DNA of 64,000 nt from Felis catus (lineage: Eukaryota), in NCBI RefSeq assembly GCF_018350175.1, contig NC_058368.1, positions 134,418,001 through 134,482,000 of the forward strand. Reading direction: 5' to 3'. The translations under genes and the position numbers were made by a program. Of this stretch, positions 13,420 to 26,298 are shown in pieces (position 1 is the first letter of the stretch; each line of letters opens with the position of its first letter). The notes beneath the pieces were generated by a model. That model saw only the letters and a program-made list of their open reading frames with translations. It did not search any database and was not told where the DNA came from.

Positions 13420-13610
13420 AATAAACAAATAGAAATACATATCATGCTTATAGAATTGAAGACTGAGTATTATAAAAATATTAATTCTTCACAAGTCAGT
13501 GTATAAGTTTAATGCAATATAAACATAAAAATAAATCTAAAATATAGCTCCAGTAGAATTTTTCTTCTTTGTACTTGATTAAATGATTCCACAGTTCATC
13601 TGTAAAATTA
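13420..13610 (+). mobile_element. Old LINE-1 ORF2 fragment
   Basis: CATGCTTATAGAATTGAAGACTGAGTATTATAAAAATATTAATTCTTCACAAG resembles the L1 CSWIGRLNIVKMSILPK region. Confidence 0.6.
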
Positions 13611-14419
13611 TGTGAGATGATGAATAATTTTCTTATTTAGGAGTTTTATTTTCCAGATTTCATATAATAAGTGTGAATCACTTTTACATCTGAAAAATAT
13701 TTAATAATAATATATAAATGATATAAATGCTTACTGCATATTAATAAGTACATAATAAAGTTTGTAGAATACATGTAGTCTTTCATGTACATGGACCTTG
13801 TGATGAGGAACATATGCGAAGAATAAAGCAAGTACTTCACATCTCAAAGGGAGAGATTGATTTCTATCAGAGGACCCGGGGAGCTAGGAAAGTCACTGTT
13901 ATCCATAGCTCAGGTGACCATTTGAGTCACACCCTATAATCAGGATTTTAATCTGTTCCCTTGAAGTTGAGGTGGTCAGCCTTGTGCCTCTGGGGATCTT
14001 TTAATACACTCATTATTGGAAGCCAGTTGGAAACACCCCAGATTTATTGAGGCTTAGCAGCTCCCACTCTTCCAGAAATTATTTCTTAGGTGTCTAGCTT
14101 TGCATTTTCTTAGGGAAAGTGCTGCTTTCAGTTTTGAGAGGGTTACAAGTAAAATGCCTAATAATAAATCATGAGAGCGGTTCCAAATCATGAGAGCAGT
14201 GACAGTGGCCTTAGGATTCCTGTCTAGATTAGTTTATTTCCCCCTAGAATAAACATTGAAACCAAATGTAAGTTTTGCAATAGAGGCAACCTTGTGTACA
14301 GGAAATAGCATGGAATTTGAAGCCCCAAAGACCTGGTTTGAGTCACATCTCCCCCTCTGCCTAATGGATTGATGTGAAGTAAGCCAGTAAACTGTACATG
14401 TTTTTCATATCATTCTTTT

Positions 14420-14890
14420 GCTCATCCAATCGGCCAATATTTAGTGCTCCCCTACCATGTATCAAGCAATGTTGTAGCACTAGAGATCAGTAGAGAGGAA
14501 GAGCCCATGCCTGTATAGATCCTACATTTTAGTTGCAGACAGAGACACCACCATCAAAATAATCAAACAAGAATTCATATAACTATAAGATCATTTAAGC
14601 CGCTTGAAGAAAGATTAGACAGAGTAACATGATAGAACATGTAGGGATGGAAGAAGGTGGATGGGAGGAATAGGTTGATGAGATTGTAAGGGAACGTCTT
14701 TCTGGGGTTGTGATATTTAAGCAGAAACTGAACCCAGGGAGTTAGTCCTGAGAAGAGTAGAGGGGGAGTGTTAGGGTAGAAGTACACTTGCCAAAGGCCA
14801 TCGCCGAGGACAGAACACCAGGAAGGTTGGTGTAGCTCGAGTGGGTAAGCAAAGGGAGAAGGTGGTGGGAGATGAGGTCAAAGTGGCCTT
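14420..14890 (-). mobile_element. L2 LINE 3' fragment
   Basis: AATATTTAGTGCTCCCCTACCATGTATCAAGC...ATATTTAAGCAGAAACTGAA...GGAGATGAGGTCA. Confidence 0.75.
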
Positions 14891-17009
14891 ACCACCAGGG
14901 GGGTCCTGAAGATGAAACAGTATGTGAGGACAGCCACAGGGTACCCAGCAACTCACACTACAAATGTTGGGAGATAGCAAGGAAATGGAGTTCTGGTGGC
15001 CTTGGCATTGTCTACACTACCTGCGTTGGCCACGTAGTAGATGGAAGATAGAAGGAATGTTTGGATAGAAGGAAATTTGGCAGCTGAGATTTTTCTTTAG
15101 AGGTCTTGCCAGCACCAGTCCATTTGGGCATCAGTAGAGGCCACAGTGTATTCTGTATAAGGTGTTCATTTTCTATGCAGAGCCCATCTGGGTCAGCAGC
15201 TGGCCAGGACCAACAGCCGGTCCCTTCATGCAGTAAGCATTTGGCACACGGTGTATACTTCGGCCATGCACACTTGTGATGTCATGCAAAAGAACAAATA
15301 TAAGGAATTGCTAGGAAAGCTTGCATAATGCATGGTATAAAGAAAATGTATTTGAGGACAACTTCATTTCTAAATGTATGTGCTTGTCCACGGGCAACGC
15401 TTATCATTTAACCTTTGTCATGCCCTTTGCATCTGGGCTCAACTGCGTGTCTTACATCCAACGTAATCTCTCATATGCTTAACATTTGGAGAGGTACGGT
15501 CACTCGAGAATGATGTGGGAAACCAGACTCCATCGTAATCACCCTTTCCCACAGTCTAAAAGGGAGTAAGATTCACTTGGGTTAGCATTTGACAGCATAA
15601 TGTAGGGTTGTCAGATTTGCCTTTCTTCCCAGCCTATCACCTCCCTTCTGCTACTCTGCTATTAACCTTGACCTTGTTGCTCCTTCTCTTGTCACTGCTA
15701 CGCTGCTGCCTACCTCATCCTGCTGTCCCAGTTCACACTGTACTTTCCTGGGGCGAAGCCTCTGCCCAGAAGTGTGGGCAGAGAAGGGAGAGACTGCTGT
15801 GCTCAGTCTGCAGTGTACGGATGTCTCAGTGTCTTGGTGTAGAACTACTGGCCTGTCCACAGGATCTCCGGGCACCATCGTCCAGGAGCACAGAATCTTT
15901 CATAAGCCTTGGGCTCAGGGAGTGCGTGGTGAAATCTATGCAAGTTCGAGTGGACTTGAAAGCTTTTCAAATATGCTTTCCTGTTGTTAATCTGCACATT
16001 CATCTGCACATCTGGCTTGCAAAATCTCAAGCCACAAGATCAGCTCTATTTAGGGTGACTGGTTTGCCACTGCAGTGAAGCCAAGTCCAAACATGGAAGG
16101 GGAGGCAACTCCCCTTCCTCCTGGCTGCTCCCTGGGCAGTTCTTCATTGGGGAGATATGTTAATTTTCAGTCATGTAGGTAACATTCAGAGTGGTACCTC
16201 ATTAAAGTGGGAGATGAAACGTGAATCACAATCCCTCGGCACTTCAAACACGCCCTGCCTAGTAACTGTAACTGAACATGAAAGAAAGCCAGCGTCGCCA
16301 TTAGCCATGCATCCAGGCTAAGTCTGTTGTGCTGAGCCGGCAATTAAGACCGCCCGTTCAACTTCCGGGTCCCCCTGACCTTCCCAGATAGGAAATGGAC
16401 AGCTATCATACTCTGGGCCACTAGGCGCTGGTTGCCAACTGGGAAAGTCATCAGAAAACTTTCTTAACACGGTCATTGGGTAAGTCATCTGGATATCGCT
16501 TTCAGCTACATCTGTTCTTCATACTGAGAGTCAATGTGTTGGTTTCCTAAGGGCTGGCCCTCAAATCTCCCCTATCTTGTTTTTAATCATGAACATAATC
16601 AGATTTGTTTGGACTTGGGAAAATTACACTCCCTGAACCCCAAATTGTTTTATACAGGTGGAATCTGATCCAACAGTTTTCAGGGGTAGAATTAAAGATC
16701 CAGAAATGGGCAGGATCCTTACGGGGTCACATGCTTCCTGGGGCATAGGAGTAGAAGTGTAAGAGCCCAGCCTGTGGGCTGCCAGTGTGGACCGCCCCAT
16801 GTGTTCAGTGATTTTGTAAGTCCTCACTCCGGGATGTTTTTATGTCGACAGCTGTGGCTCCATTCTTTTATCACTCTTATTCTTCCACATTGTTCTTGTT
16901 TTCCTGCACTTTCACTGCCCTGCCCTACAGCGAGGCCACCAAGAGTCTAGGGTCTGACTTTATAGGTGTAGAGCCTCCAGCCGCAATCCCTTTAGATGCT
17001 TCCCTTAGT

Positions 17010-17860
17010 CCCATTCATTCCAACAAATATTTACCAAAAGCCAGCTGATAGTAGCAGTGAGACTGACAAAGATAAGTTAGTTTGTCCCTGCGTTAGTGGC
17101 TCTTGGAGTCTAACAGGAGAGACAATTAGCAGATCATTTTAAGAATTTCACTACAGCACCTGAAGTGCTGAACTAGAAATCTGCCCCTTGTGGTGTGGGA
17201 ACACAGAGAATAGAGCACCCATGGCTCAGCCTGGAGGTTCAGGGAAGACTTCCTGTGAGAGACTATAACCAAATCAGGGCTTGAGGGATAAGCAATATTA
17301 TAATAAGTGGGAAAGGTGTTCCAGATAGAGGGATGAGTATGAGCAACGGCAAAAAGTCATAAAACAGCACAGCATCTACAGGGATCATAAATAGTTGCTA
17401 TCACTCAAGCATAAAGTGTGAGTCAAGAAGCAGCAAGTGATTAAGTTGTAGAGGCTAGTGGGTAGGTGCTAAAGGCACTAAGGGCCTTGCTGGCCAGGCC
17501 AAAGAGCATGAATTCGGTAGGTGATATATGGTCGTTCAATGTATTTACGTGGCGACTAATGTGGTCGGATTTAGATTTCAGATAGATAATTTTTAAAATG
17601 TTTTTGAGGTATGCATTCCAAAGGGGCAATACTGAAGACGATGAGTTATGAGGTCCAGTATAGCAATGATGAGTGGGCACGGAGAGAGAGGATGAAATTG
17701 AGAAATTTTGGACATGGTGATTGATTAATTGATTGGGTGTTGGAGAGGTAAGAAAGAAGGATAAATTGAAAGCAATTCGGTTTTCTGCATCCGAGTGGGA
17801 TGGATAATGGAGCCATCAGTTGGTTTAAGTATTATAGACGAATGGGTGTGTTTGGAGGTA
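17010..17860 (-). mobile_element. L2 LINE 3' fragment
   Basis: CATTCATTCCAACAAATATTTA end; TCAGGGAAGACTTCCTG, GTTCCAGATAGAGGGA, GACATGGTGATTGATT. Confidence 0.8.
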
Positions 17861-18218
17861 CATTTGCCATGTAAGAGGTAATGGAGCACTAAAGCACACA
17901 AGGTACCAATTCATGGAGACTGTATACCCAATAGTGATTTACAAGGCTGGTGTCAGAGATCTGAAGGGTAGGATTTTTAAGGCACAGAGGCAGCTCATCC
18001 TAGGAGTTTGCTACACCGTCTAAAAAGAAAAAAAAAAGCAAAGTGAAAATATGCAATTACAAATCTCAGATTTCGAAATGTTGTGAGTGCTGTTCTCCCC
18101 AAGACTCCCTGCTCTCCCACCTCTACCCCCTGACATCCTTTAGGCACCACTTCATTAGAAAGAAATGAAGTTTCCTGTAGATCCAAATTTCCACTGACAG
18201 TACTGTGAGAATTTAACC

Positions 18219-18410
18219 TTTTTTTTTTTTTAGTGTTTATTTATTTTTGAGGGAGAGAGATGCAGAGTGTGAGTGGAGGAGGGGCAGAGAGATGGGCAGA
18301 GAGACACGGAATCTGAAGCAGCTCCAAGCTCCGAGCTGTCAGCACAGAGCTGTGAGATCATGACCCAAGCCGCAGTCAGATGCTCAACTGACTGAGCCAC
18401 CTAGGCGCCC
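18219..18410 (-). mobile_element. Can-SINE (felid type) with internal deletion
   Basis: Ends TGAGCCACCTAGGCGCCC; TSD GAGAATTTA at 18207-18215 and 18411-18419. Confidence 0.95.
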
Positions 18411-18829
18411 GAGAATTTATTCTGAAAACACCCCTCTCCCATTTCAACTTTTTCCCATACGGTGTCATGAAAAACTGGTCAGGATGCCATTTGCTTTCCA
18501 CCTTTGCAACTTCCATTTCTTTAAATCTTTCTGTGGTTCTGTCACTGACCATTACATATATCACTCAGGAATTAGAACTCACAAATTTTTGAGGTAAGAA
18601 GTGGGTGCATTTGCTTGTTTATGGAGAAAGCTCTCTATAGAAATAGCCTTCTGTCCCTTTTGGCTTCTCTTCCTTCACAATTTCAGTTTTTTCTTGAAGA
18701 TTTAAGTAATTCTGTTTGAAAGACAAAAAGCATGCTTGACCAAGAAGTATTAAGGTTTACTGCCAGAGATATGATTAGGCAGGAGGATGAACTACAGTAG
18801 TTTGATTCAAGTCAAAACCGCCCTTTAGA

Positions 18830-19284
18830 CTAGAACTATCAAATGAAAATACAATGTGAGCCATAATATTTAATCTTCAGTTTTTTAAGATTCATATCAT
18901 CTTAAATATTATTTTTCCAACGAAAAAGTAAAAAGAGATGAATTCATTTTAAGAATACGTTTTATTGAACCCAGCATATCCAAAATATTATCATTTCCAC
19001 GTTTAATCAGTACAAATATAGGTTCACGAGGCTGGTTTGTTTTTTTTTTCATACAGAGTGTTCAGAATGTGGTTCATGTTTGTTTCCCACTTAGAGAATG
19101 TCTCAATTCAGATGCTAAACTTTCATCAGAAACCCATGATCTGTACTTAAGACTTCATAAAATTAAATTTGAAAAGCATATCCAGGTCCCCAAGGTGTTC
19201 CCAACATACTTAAAATTTCCGAGTTCCACACTTTGTATTTTAAGTGCTCCTGGCTGCTTGTGGCTACTGTGTTGGACAGAGCAG
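18830..19284. mobile_element. MER33/Charlie5-like hAT DNA transposon fossil
   Basis: TACAATGTGAGCCAT...TATCCAAAATATTATCATTTC...GTGGCTACTGTGTTGGACAGAGCAG. Confidence 0.8.
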
Positions 19285-19577
19285 CAAGAGACCCATTATC
19301 CTTCCTCTCATCCCAGTCTTCCAAGCACTGTACATGACCTTTAGGTAACCGCATGTTTCTGGATATTTATGTAAGTTTGCAAATCACCTAAGTCTTTCAG
19401 ATCTCACTGGGAAGCTCTAGTCAATGGACCTCTCAAACTGGCTCAGTCAAGTTCCTGAGGATCTTTAGTGGAAGGAGTAAAGGCGTGAGATGGTGAAATA
19501 ATAGAATACAAAAGCATTTGATCAAGACAGGCAGAAGGTGTCTAGTAAGTGCCCCGGAAAATAAATTTGTGTTCATT

Positions 19578-19720
19578 TAAAAAAATTTTTTTAATGTTTA
19601 TTTATTTTTGACAGAGAGAGAGAGAGAGAGACGGAGCATGAACGGGGGAGGGGCAGAGAGAGAGGAAGACACAGAATCTGAAGCAGGCTCAGGCTCTGAG
19701 CTGTCAGCACAGAGCCCAAC
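19578..19720 (-). mobile_element. 5'-truncated Can-SINE
   Basis: Only the 3' half is present; TSD AAATTTGTGT(T/C)CATT at 19563-19577 and 19721-19735. Confidence 0.93.
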
Positions 19721-19927
19721 AAATTTGTGTCCATTCTAAAACATTAGCTGTGTTGGGAAATTTGTTTGTAATATGAAAGTTGCCTTGAAGGTAACTTTCA
19801 AACTTTGGGTGGGTTTTTGTTGTTTGTTTGCCTGTTTGGTTGGTCGGTTACTTGTTTTACCTTGGATCCAAATATATGATCTTAGAAAATTCACCAATTA
19901 CTATTGGTACTAAAAAAAAACTGCTCT

Positions 19928-20116
19928 GGGGCACCTGGGTGGGTCAGTCCGTTAAGCGTCCGACTTAGGCTCAGGTCATGATCTCACAGCTCATGTGTTC
20001 TAGTCCTGCATAAGGCTCTCTGCAGACAGCACAGAGCCCGCTTTTGATCCTCTGTCTCCCTCTCTCTCTCTCCCCTCCCCTGCTCACGTTTTCTGTCTCA
20101 AAAATAAACATTAAAA
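19928..20116 (+). mobile_element. Can-SINE
   Basis: GGGGCACCTGGGTGGGTCAGTCCGTTAAGCGTCCGACTT head, (CT)n, AATAAA tail. Confidence 0.95.
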
Positions 20117-20207
20117 ATAATTGCTCCACTGTAAGCCTAGTTACCTCTAGAAGAATTCTTAGTGTGGTAAATCTAGCCTAAGATTAGAGCTCATTACCTC
20201 TCTACCA

Positions 20208-20220
20208 ATGTGTGCACGCA

Positions 20221-20260
<40 letters not shown>

Positions 20261-20264
20261 TGTG
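20208..20264. repeat. Compound (TG)/(CACG)/(CA)n alternating purine-pyrimidine tract
   Basis: Direct reading; 57 bp of uninterrupted alternation. Confidence 0.9.
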
Positions 20265-21521
20265 GTCACATATATGCTTAGGGGCATGTGAGGCTTTGGA
20301 GCAAAAATCTTCCCTAACTAAAGCCACCCCAAGTGTCCGAACTATGTGGAATACTACATCAGAGCTTAGCGGTTAGAAGGACTGTTTCTTTGCCATCAGA
20401 CATTTTTAGCTTTTGGCAGGGGATCAGAGTGAGAGGTGGAGAAGCAAGGAGTTCTTCCTTTCTTCTCCCTCCCATTCCATGGACTCCAGTGGGATGAGCG
20501 TGGCAAGAGTCTGACCTGGACCTCCTCTGTATGGTGAGCCCACGTGGGGAGTCTGCAGTGGGAGGGAAGGATGAGGAGATGATGGGCGGGGCAATTCCAG
20601 GATCCTCTAGGCACCTCCTGACCCACCCTTCTCCCTCCTCCATCTTTTCTGCTCAAGGTGCTCCTCCTCTTGGTGATTAGTTAGCAGATTTTTACCTCAG
20701 GAGTCTTCTGACACATTTCCAGGAACCTCAGGCGTTTAATTTGACTTTTTGAGATGTTTTAGGCTAGCTCTAAGTCCGCTGTCTGCTATCTTAGACCTCC
20801 TTCTCTAATTCATCTTTTTCAATGTATTGTTTTTTAACTTTGAGCTCACATTGTGTTTACCATTAACATTTAGACCAAAATTTTTTTTTCATCTTTTTGT
20901 CTGAGGTTTTCCTGGGTTTGAACACCAGTCTATTAAACTTAGTAACATTTATGAAACACCTGCTCTGTGCTAGGGGCCTTGCTGGATACTTTGGTGTCAA
21001 ACGTACATATAACAAGAGTCTGGTGGAGGGGAAGCAAACTAGAAAATGCTGGACCTTCTTCCATGCACAAAGCAGGGCACCATGAATACTTAAATGGCCA
21101 GATATTCCTAGGAGACAAATTGGTAACAGAATATATATAATTTTTTTCTTTGTTCTCAAAAGTTGCACTAGTGATCTGGGTATTTTCATTCTGATCCTAT
21201 TATATGCCAAGTGATTATTTTATGAGCCCAAAGTCAAAAATGATTGGAAATCTCAAAAATATCTCACGAGTTCTTTGCCTTGGATCTCTGATTGCTTTAT
21301 CTCATAGTAACAGCTTAGGTCAAGCCTTCATTTCCAAGCATTTTATTAAATAAATTCACGAACTTATCTTTACCTCATTAGAAACATGGGCCCTGACATT
21401 TAATATATCTTACTCATAGAGAATTACTTTTCCGTTAAATACCTGTAAACAACCTGGGTAGGGGGAAGCAGGACTCACTGAAAATGTAACATGAACAGGA
21501 TTTCACATTCAGAGATTGTTC

Positions 21522-21545
21522 GGGGTGGGTAGGTTGGGCACAGGG
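21522..21545 (+). other. Potential G-quadruplex motif
   Basis: GGGG-T-GGG-TAGGTT-GGG-CACA-GGG. Confidence 0.4.
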
Positions 21546-22417
21546 AGTGGTTAGCTGGGGTTGAAGGAGGAATAGGAGAGAAGAAGAAAGAGGTAAGACC
21601 CTCCTGGCTACAGAAACAGATCTGACAGAAGAAATAGAATCCAGGAGGGACACAGATCCATTTAACCATCCCCTGCCCCATCATCTCTGCCACACATCTC
21701 TAAATTCTCCTCTTCAAAATATCCACGCCTTCTTCAGGTGCGAGACTTCTGTGAGAAGATTATTTTTACCTTCTTATTTTTACCCTCCGTGAGACAGTTA
21801 TTATACCTTGAGTGACTCACATAAGAGTTGTCAGTGCTTTGAAAGGAACGCACAACTCCATGATAATTTAAGTGGCCACCTCTGGCCACCTAATCCACTG
21901 TCCCTTCCTGATGAGAAATGATCACTGGTAGCTAACAAAGGCAATCGGAGTGGGAGTTGAATAAAAGGAAAAAAGAGTTGGAGACAATTTGGGGACTGGG
22001 ATTGACTTGTAAGATTTAGAGGTATGAAAAAGGAGGGAATCCTTTGTGATAGAGAATTGACATAGGCTGGGTTTCATCAGGACATGATTTGCTGCTGAAA
22101 GAAACACAGAACCAATGAGGAATAAGTCATTTATTAGACAACGGGGATGGTGTGAACCAGCCCTTAAAGGCAGCATCAATTCCAAAGTAGGGATCCCAGG
22201 TCCCATTGTGGCCTTTTCCCTGCTTTGTGATCCAGGGAGACTCACATGGCCCCTCTGAACTTTAGTACCTCTATCCATAAATTAAGAACATCATTTGAGA
22301 TAATCTTATAGGCTCCTGTAGCTCCAACAATTTTCTCCTCTTCTTCCTTTTTATGTTCCTAAAACCTTGAGAGGAATAGTTAGAAAACTGTTCACTAATA
22401 TTTAAAATAAAATGCTT

Positions 22418-22590
22418 GAGGTGGCCTGAGTAGCTCAGTCAGTTGAGTGTCTGACGCTTGGCTCTGGCCCAGGTCATAATCTCACGTTTGTGGGACTGAG
22501 CCCCACATGGGGCTCCTCTGCACAGTGCGAAGCCTGCTTGGGATTCTCTTTCTCCCTCTCTCTCTCTAAAAATAAATAAACTTAAAAAAT
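22418..22590 (+). mobile_element. Can-SINE (diverged)
   Basis: GCCTGAGTAGCTCAGTCAGTTGAG head, GCCTGCTTGGGATTCTCT, AATAAATAAA tail. Confidence 0.9.
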
Positions 22591-22787
22591 ATATAAATGA
22601 AATATATATTCACCAGGGGTCATGTATATGGTAGGGGGGAGCCAAAGGGAAGTGAGTCTGTATGGAATTTGTCTGCTGATGCAATAAACATTATGAGGAA
22701 AGTTGCCCTGTCCACCATTGTCTTTAAAAAGAATAACAATATTGTTGTATGTTTCTAGTCCATGTTAACTTTGAGAATCTATTATCT

Positions 22788-22790
<3 letters not shown>

Positions 22791-22828
<38 letters not shown>
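22791..22828. repeat. (TA)19 microsatellite
   Basis: Direct reading. Confidence 0.95.
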
Positions 22829-22831
<3 letters not shown>

Positions 22832-23256
22832 GCATACACGTATATATATAAATTATTATGTTACATATAACATATATTATAATATATTATATTATTATTA
22901 TATATAATAATTAGGAGAAATAGGCAAGACATTGCAAATCAATTACCTCCTTTGATATTTGTAGCAATTAGGAGAAATGGGCAGAAAAGTTACTATTTTT
23001 ACCAGTACATTAAACCCAGAGAGTTTAAATGATTTTTTTCAGAGCTGGTTAATGACAAGGCTGGAATGAGATTTTAGGTCTTCAGAATCCTGGGGTTGGG
23101 TACTTGCCTGTGCTTTTTGCACCATCTTTCCAGAAATATCCAGAAACATGAGGACCGCTGCCTGAGTTACCACATCCCTAAATGATGCCAAAAGAAGGAC
23201 TCAGCTTCTCAGATCAGACTACACTTTTCTGTGGTCAATTTTTAACTGTCTTTTAC

Positions 23257-23527
23257 CCAGGAGCCTCCAAATAGGGCGCAGACACCCTGGGAGTGCACAC
23301 ATGATGCACTAGGGTACAGAAGAGGAGATGTTAAGAAAAATTCTATTACATGGTTTTTTGTATCACTCTTATAATTTATTTTTGTGTGCTTTATAAGATA
23401 TCTATTAGCTGATCTCATGGTTCACGGGTTTGAGCCCCACATTGGGCTCGCTGCTGTCATTGCAGAGCTTGCTTCGGATCCTCTGTCCCCCTCTGTCTCT
23501 CTGCCCCTCCCCCGTTTGTGCTCACAT

Positions 23528-23576
<49 letters not shown>

Positions 23577-23712
23577 AATAAATAAAACATGAAAAAAATA
23601 AAATATACATTAGCACAAGTATCCACATAAATAGCACATGTATAGAATTTACAAATGGGGCCATATGTCCTACTGATTGAATCCACGATCAAAATGTTTA
23701 GAGAGTATGTTG
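23257..23712. mobile_element. Probable hAT-Charlie-type DNA transposon remnant hosting a SINE
   Basis: CTCCAAATAGGGCGCAGACACCCTGGGAGTGCACACATGATGCACTAGGG start, GATCAAAATGTTTAGAGA end; family from memory. Confidence 0.4.
23410..23598 (+). mobile_element. 5'-truncated Can-SINE with long (CT)n
   Basis: TGATCTCATGGTTCACGGGTTTGAGCCCCAC...(CT)n AAAAATAAATAAA; degenerate TSD AAGATATCTATTAGC / AAAATATACATTAGC. Confidence 0.92.
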
Positions 23713-26298
23713 TAGAAAATGGAAGGAAGGGTGTAGAGGATAAAGGAAGCCATATGGCTGTCCATAGGGGTCCCTCTTTTTCTTATCCCTTATGATGACC
23801 CAGGCACAGGAGTGGGAAGAGGTGTGGAAAGGGGCAGTTTCACTCAGAATCTTGATGAAAATCCAGAAAAGTAGACTAACAAATCGAACTGCTCTGGCCG
23901 AACTGGGGCAGCTGGTCACATGCTTCCCACCCGCACAAAGGTCTCTGTTTCTCTCACACACTGCATTTCTTTGTCAGTCAGAAGCAACAATTCCCTTCAG
24001 CTGTTCTTGCTGCCCCTTTCCTCCTGTCTTTTTAGTCTATCAGGCAATAAACGTAAGGCACAAAACTTCACAAGCATTTAAAAGAAAAAGTTGAAAGGGA
24101 GAAAAAGAGGTGCAGATCAATGAACCTATCAGTCCTTTCTAATGGGAAAAAAAGGTCTAACCTACCCAGAGAAACTGACTCAGGAATTTTGATATTGTTT
24201 ATAACTTACGACATTGTTGCCGACTGATTTTTTATGTTCTCCAAGGATCTTTGTGTTTTACTGGGAAGTTTATAAAATAAGGAAGGAATATTCTGAGGGG
24301 GAAGAAGATTGTTGCCTCTCACCCTTAGGCTCCAGGAAGGTAGTGTACCCAGGATTAATATTGGATTATTAACATAGAAAATATAAAGAAATGGCGTGCC
24401 ATGTTACATAAATAAACGAGCACTCTCACTACTCTAATGGCAAGCAAGAGGTCAGCTCTTAGGATCTATAGTTGGGACTATTTCAAGGAAAAAGAGAGCT
24501 GTACTCAGGGTGAAATGTGTCCTTTACATAATTAAAAAAGAGGAGTCCACCTAAGGATTAAGGTCACAAGTGTGCCTGTATCATTAAACTGCTTTCTTTA
24601 CTCATAATTCTTGCTAGACATTAAAGGCACCAGATCATTGTTACGGTACTTTATAGCCAGCAGGGACCATAGACATTGCCTCGCAAAAGCCCGGTGGGTA
24701 TAACAGGCTTGTCGAGAAGGAATCTGGAGGTTTCCAAGTATGAGCTTTCTGTATTTAAAGCGCGTAGCACCTACTTGGAGGGGCAGAGGGAGGCAAGGTC
24801 TTTCATTTCTTGTTCGGTTTCTGTCACTAAATTCCTTGGGCAGACTTCATTTTATTTTACAGAGGAAATCCATTGCTGAGAAAATTATGAGAAAACTCAT
24901 TTCTTGTTGGTGGCCTTTATTTATTCAGCACACAATATTGTATTCACTATGGGCCTGCACTACCTTAAGTGCTGGAGATACGAAAATGCATAAAATATTA
25001 CCCCTCAGATGGGACACTGTCTGATTAAAGAGATAAGACACATACAGTTATCCATCTAAAACAACGAATGAACCAAGACACAAATAAGTGATAGTTTTAG
25101 TAAGTACTGGCATTCCTTGGAGGAAAAGAGAAAGCTGCCTCATCTTGCAAGGAAATAAAGGCATAAAGGAAGTCATCATGGCTTCTCTCTGATATCCTCG
25201 GCTGCTTTCCTTTGTTCTGGCTGCCATCTTTGGCTCCAGGGCCTGGATCCCACTGGCACAGAAATGAGAAGAGTGGGGTAGAGTTCACAGCTTAAGAACA
25301 CGAAGCTGTGGATTGTGTGTCTCTTTTCTCAGCTTAGAGCACGCAACAGGGCATTCATTAGTGCGCTGTACGGAATCACAGAGGGAGGGATAGAGATGCG
25401 GAGAACAGTGGCGAGCACAAAAGCTGGTGAAATGTGTTGGCAAATAGAACCAAATACTGACGGTCACGAATGATCATTATTTTTGTGTGCGTTGTTTAGA
25501 TAAAAATAAGGTTGGCGAGCAAACGACCATGTCTAGCCGAGGAAGATTAACGCTATTCTTTTCCTTAATGAATCAGCTATCTTAGTAAAAGTGGCTTAGA
25601 TTTAACTAGTTAGAGTCATTCTCTTCTGTGTTCTTCCAGTAGGGAGATGGAAAAATCTAACTTTAACAGGCATTGTGGTGGCCACACATTCTCACTGAAA
25701 TATCACAAAACATGGGGTAATAAAAACCATTTTTTGCTGTTCTTAGACTTTGTATGTCTGCACTGTTTCAAAAGTGTAAAGGTTTTATGCTGGAAATAAC
25801 AAAAAACACCAAAACTTTCAGAACTTTATACTTTCTGAAAATCTGAGACACGTGACTATTATTCCTTTCACTCTGTGGATTTTTAAATTGATGTAGCCTG
25901 AATCAACTAGAATTCTGAGAACTTGAAAAACAATGAGAAGTAGTCAAGTGACTGTTGCAATGTTACATGATTTGGCTCTCATTGTATACATTCATGAAAA
26001 TTTCGTTATTACCTCCCCTCTTTCTCTTTTTGCTGGATTAGATGCTATAGATTCCATTTCTGTTCTTTTTAATGCTAGTCTTCAGATTTTAGCACACCAA
26101 CTTAAATATGAAATGTCATCAAAGTCTGAATTGATTAAACATCTTTACCCTTCTCCCAAATCAAGCAAGAAACCTACCTACTAAACAATTTCCACTTACT
26201 ACCCTTGGTTTTCCTTATTGTTTTATCATTAGTAGCTATAGTAGCAGTAATAGTAGTTACCAACATCTTTTTAAAAGTCAACAGTTAACCATGCTAAC

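Noticed and set aside
14892..14905. CTCF-like CCACCAGGGGGGTC
   Set aside because: Mismatches at the conserved GGC end and sits at an L2 edge
15608..16078. 156-aa ORF with a signal-peptide-like Leu-rich start
   Set aside because: TTG start; the hydrophobic run comes from CT-rich low-complexity DNA; no recognisable homology
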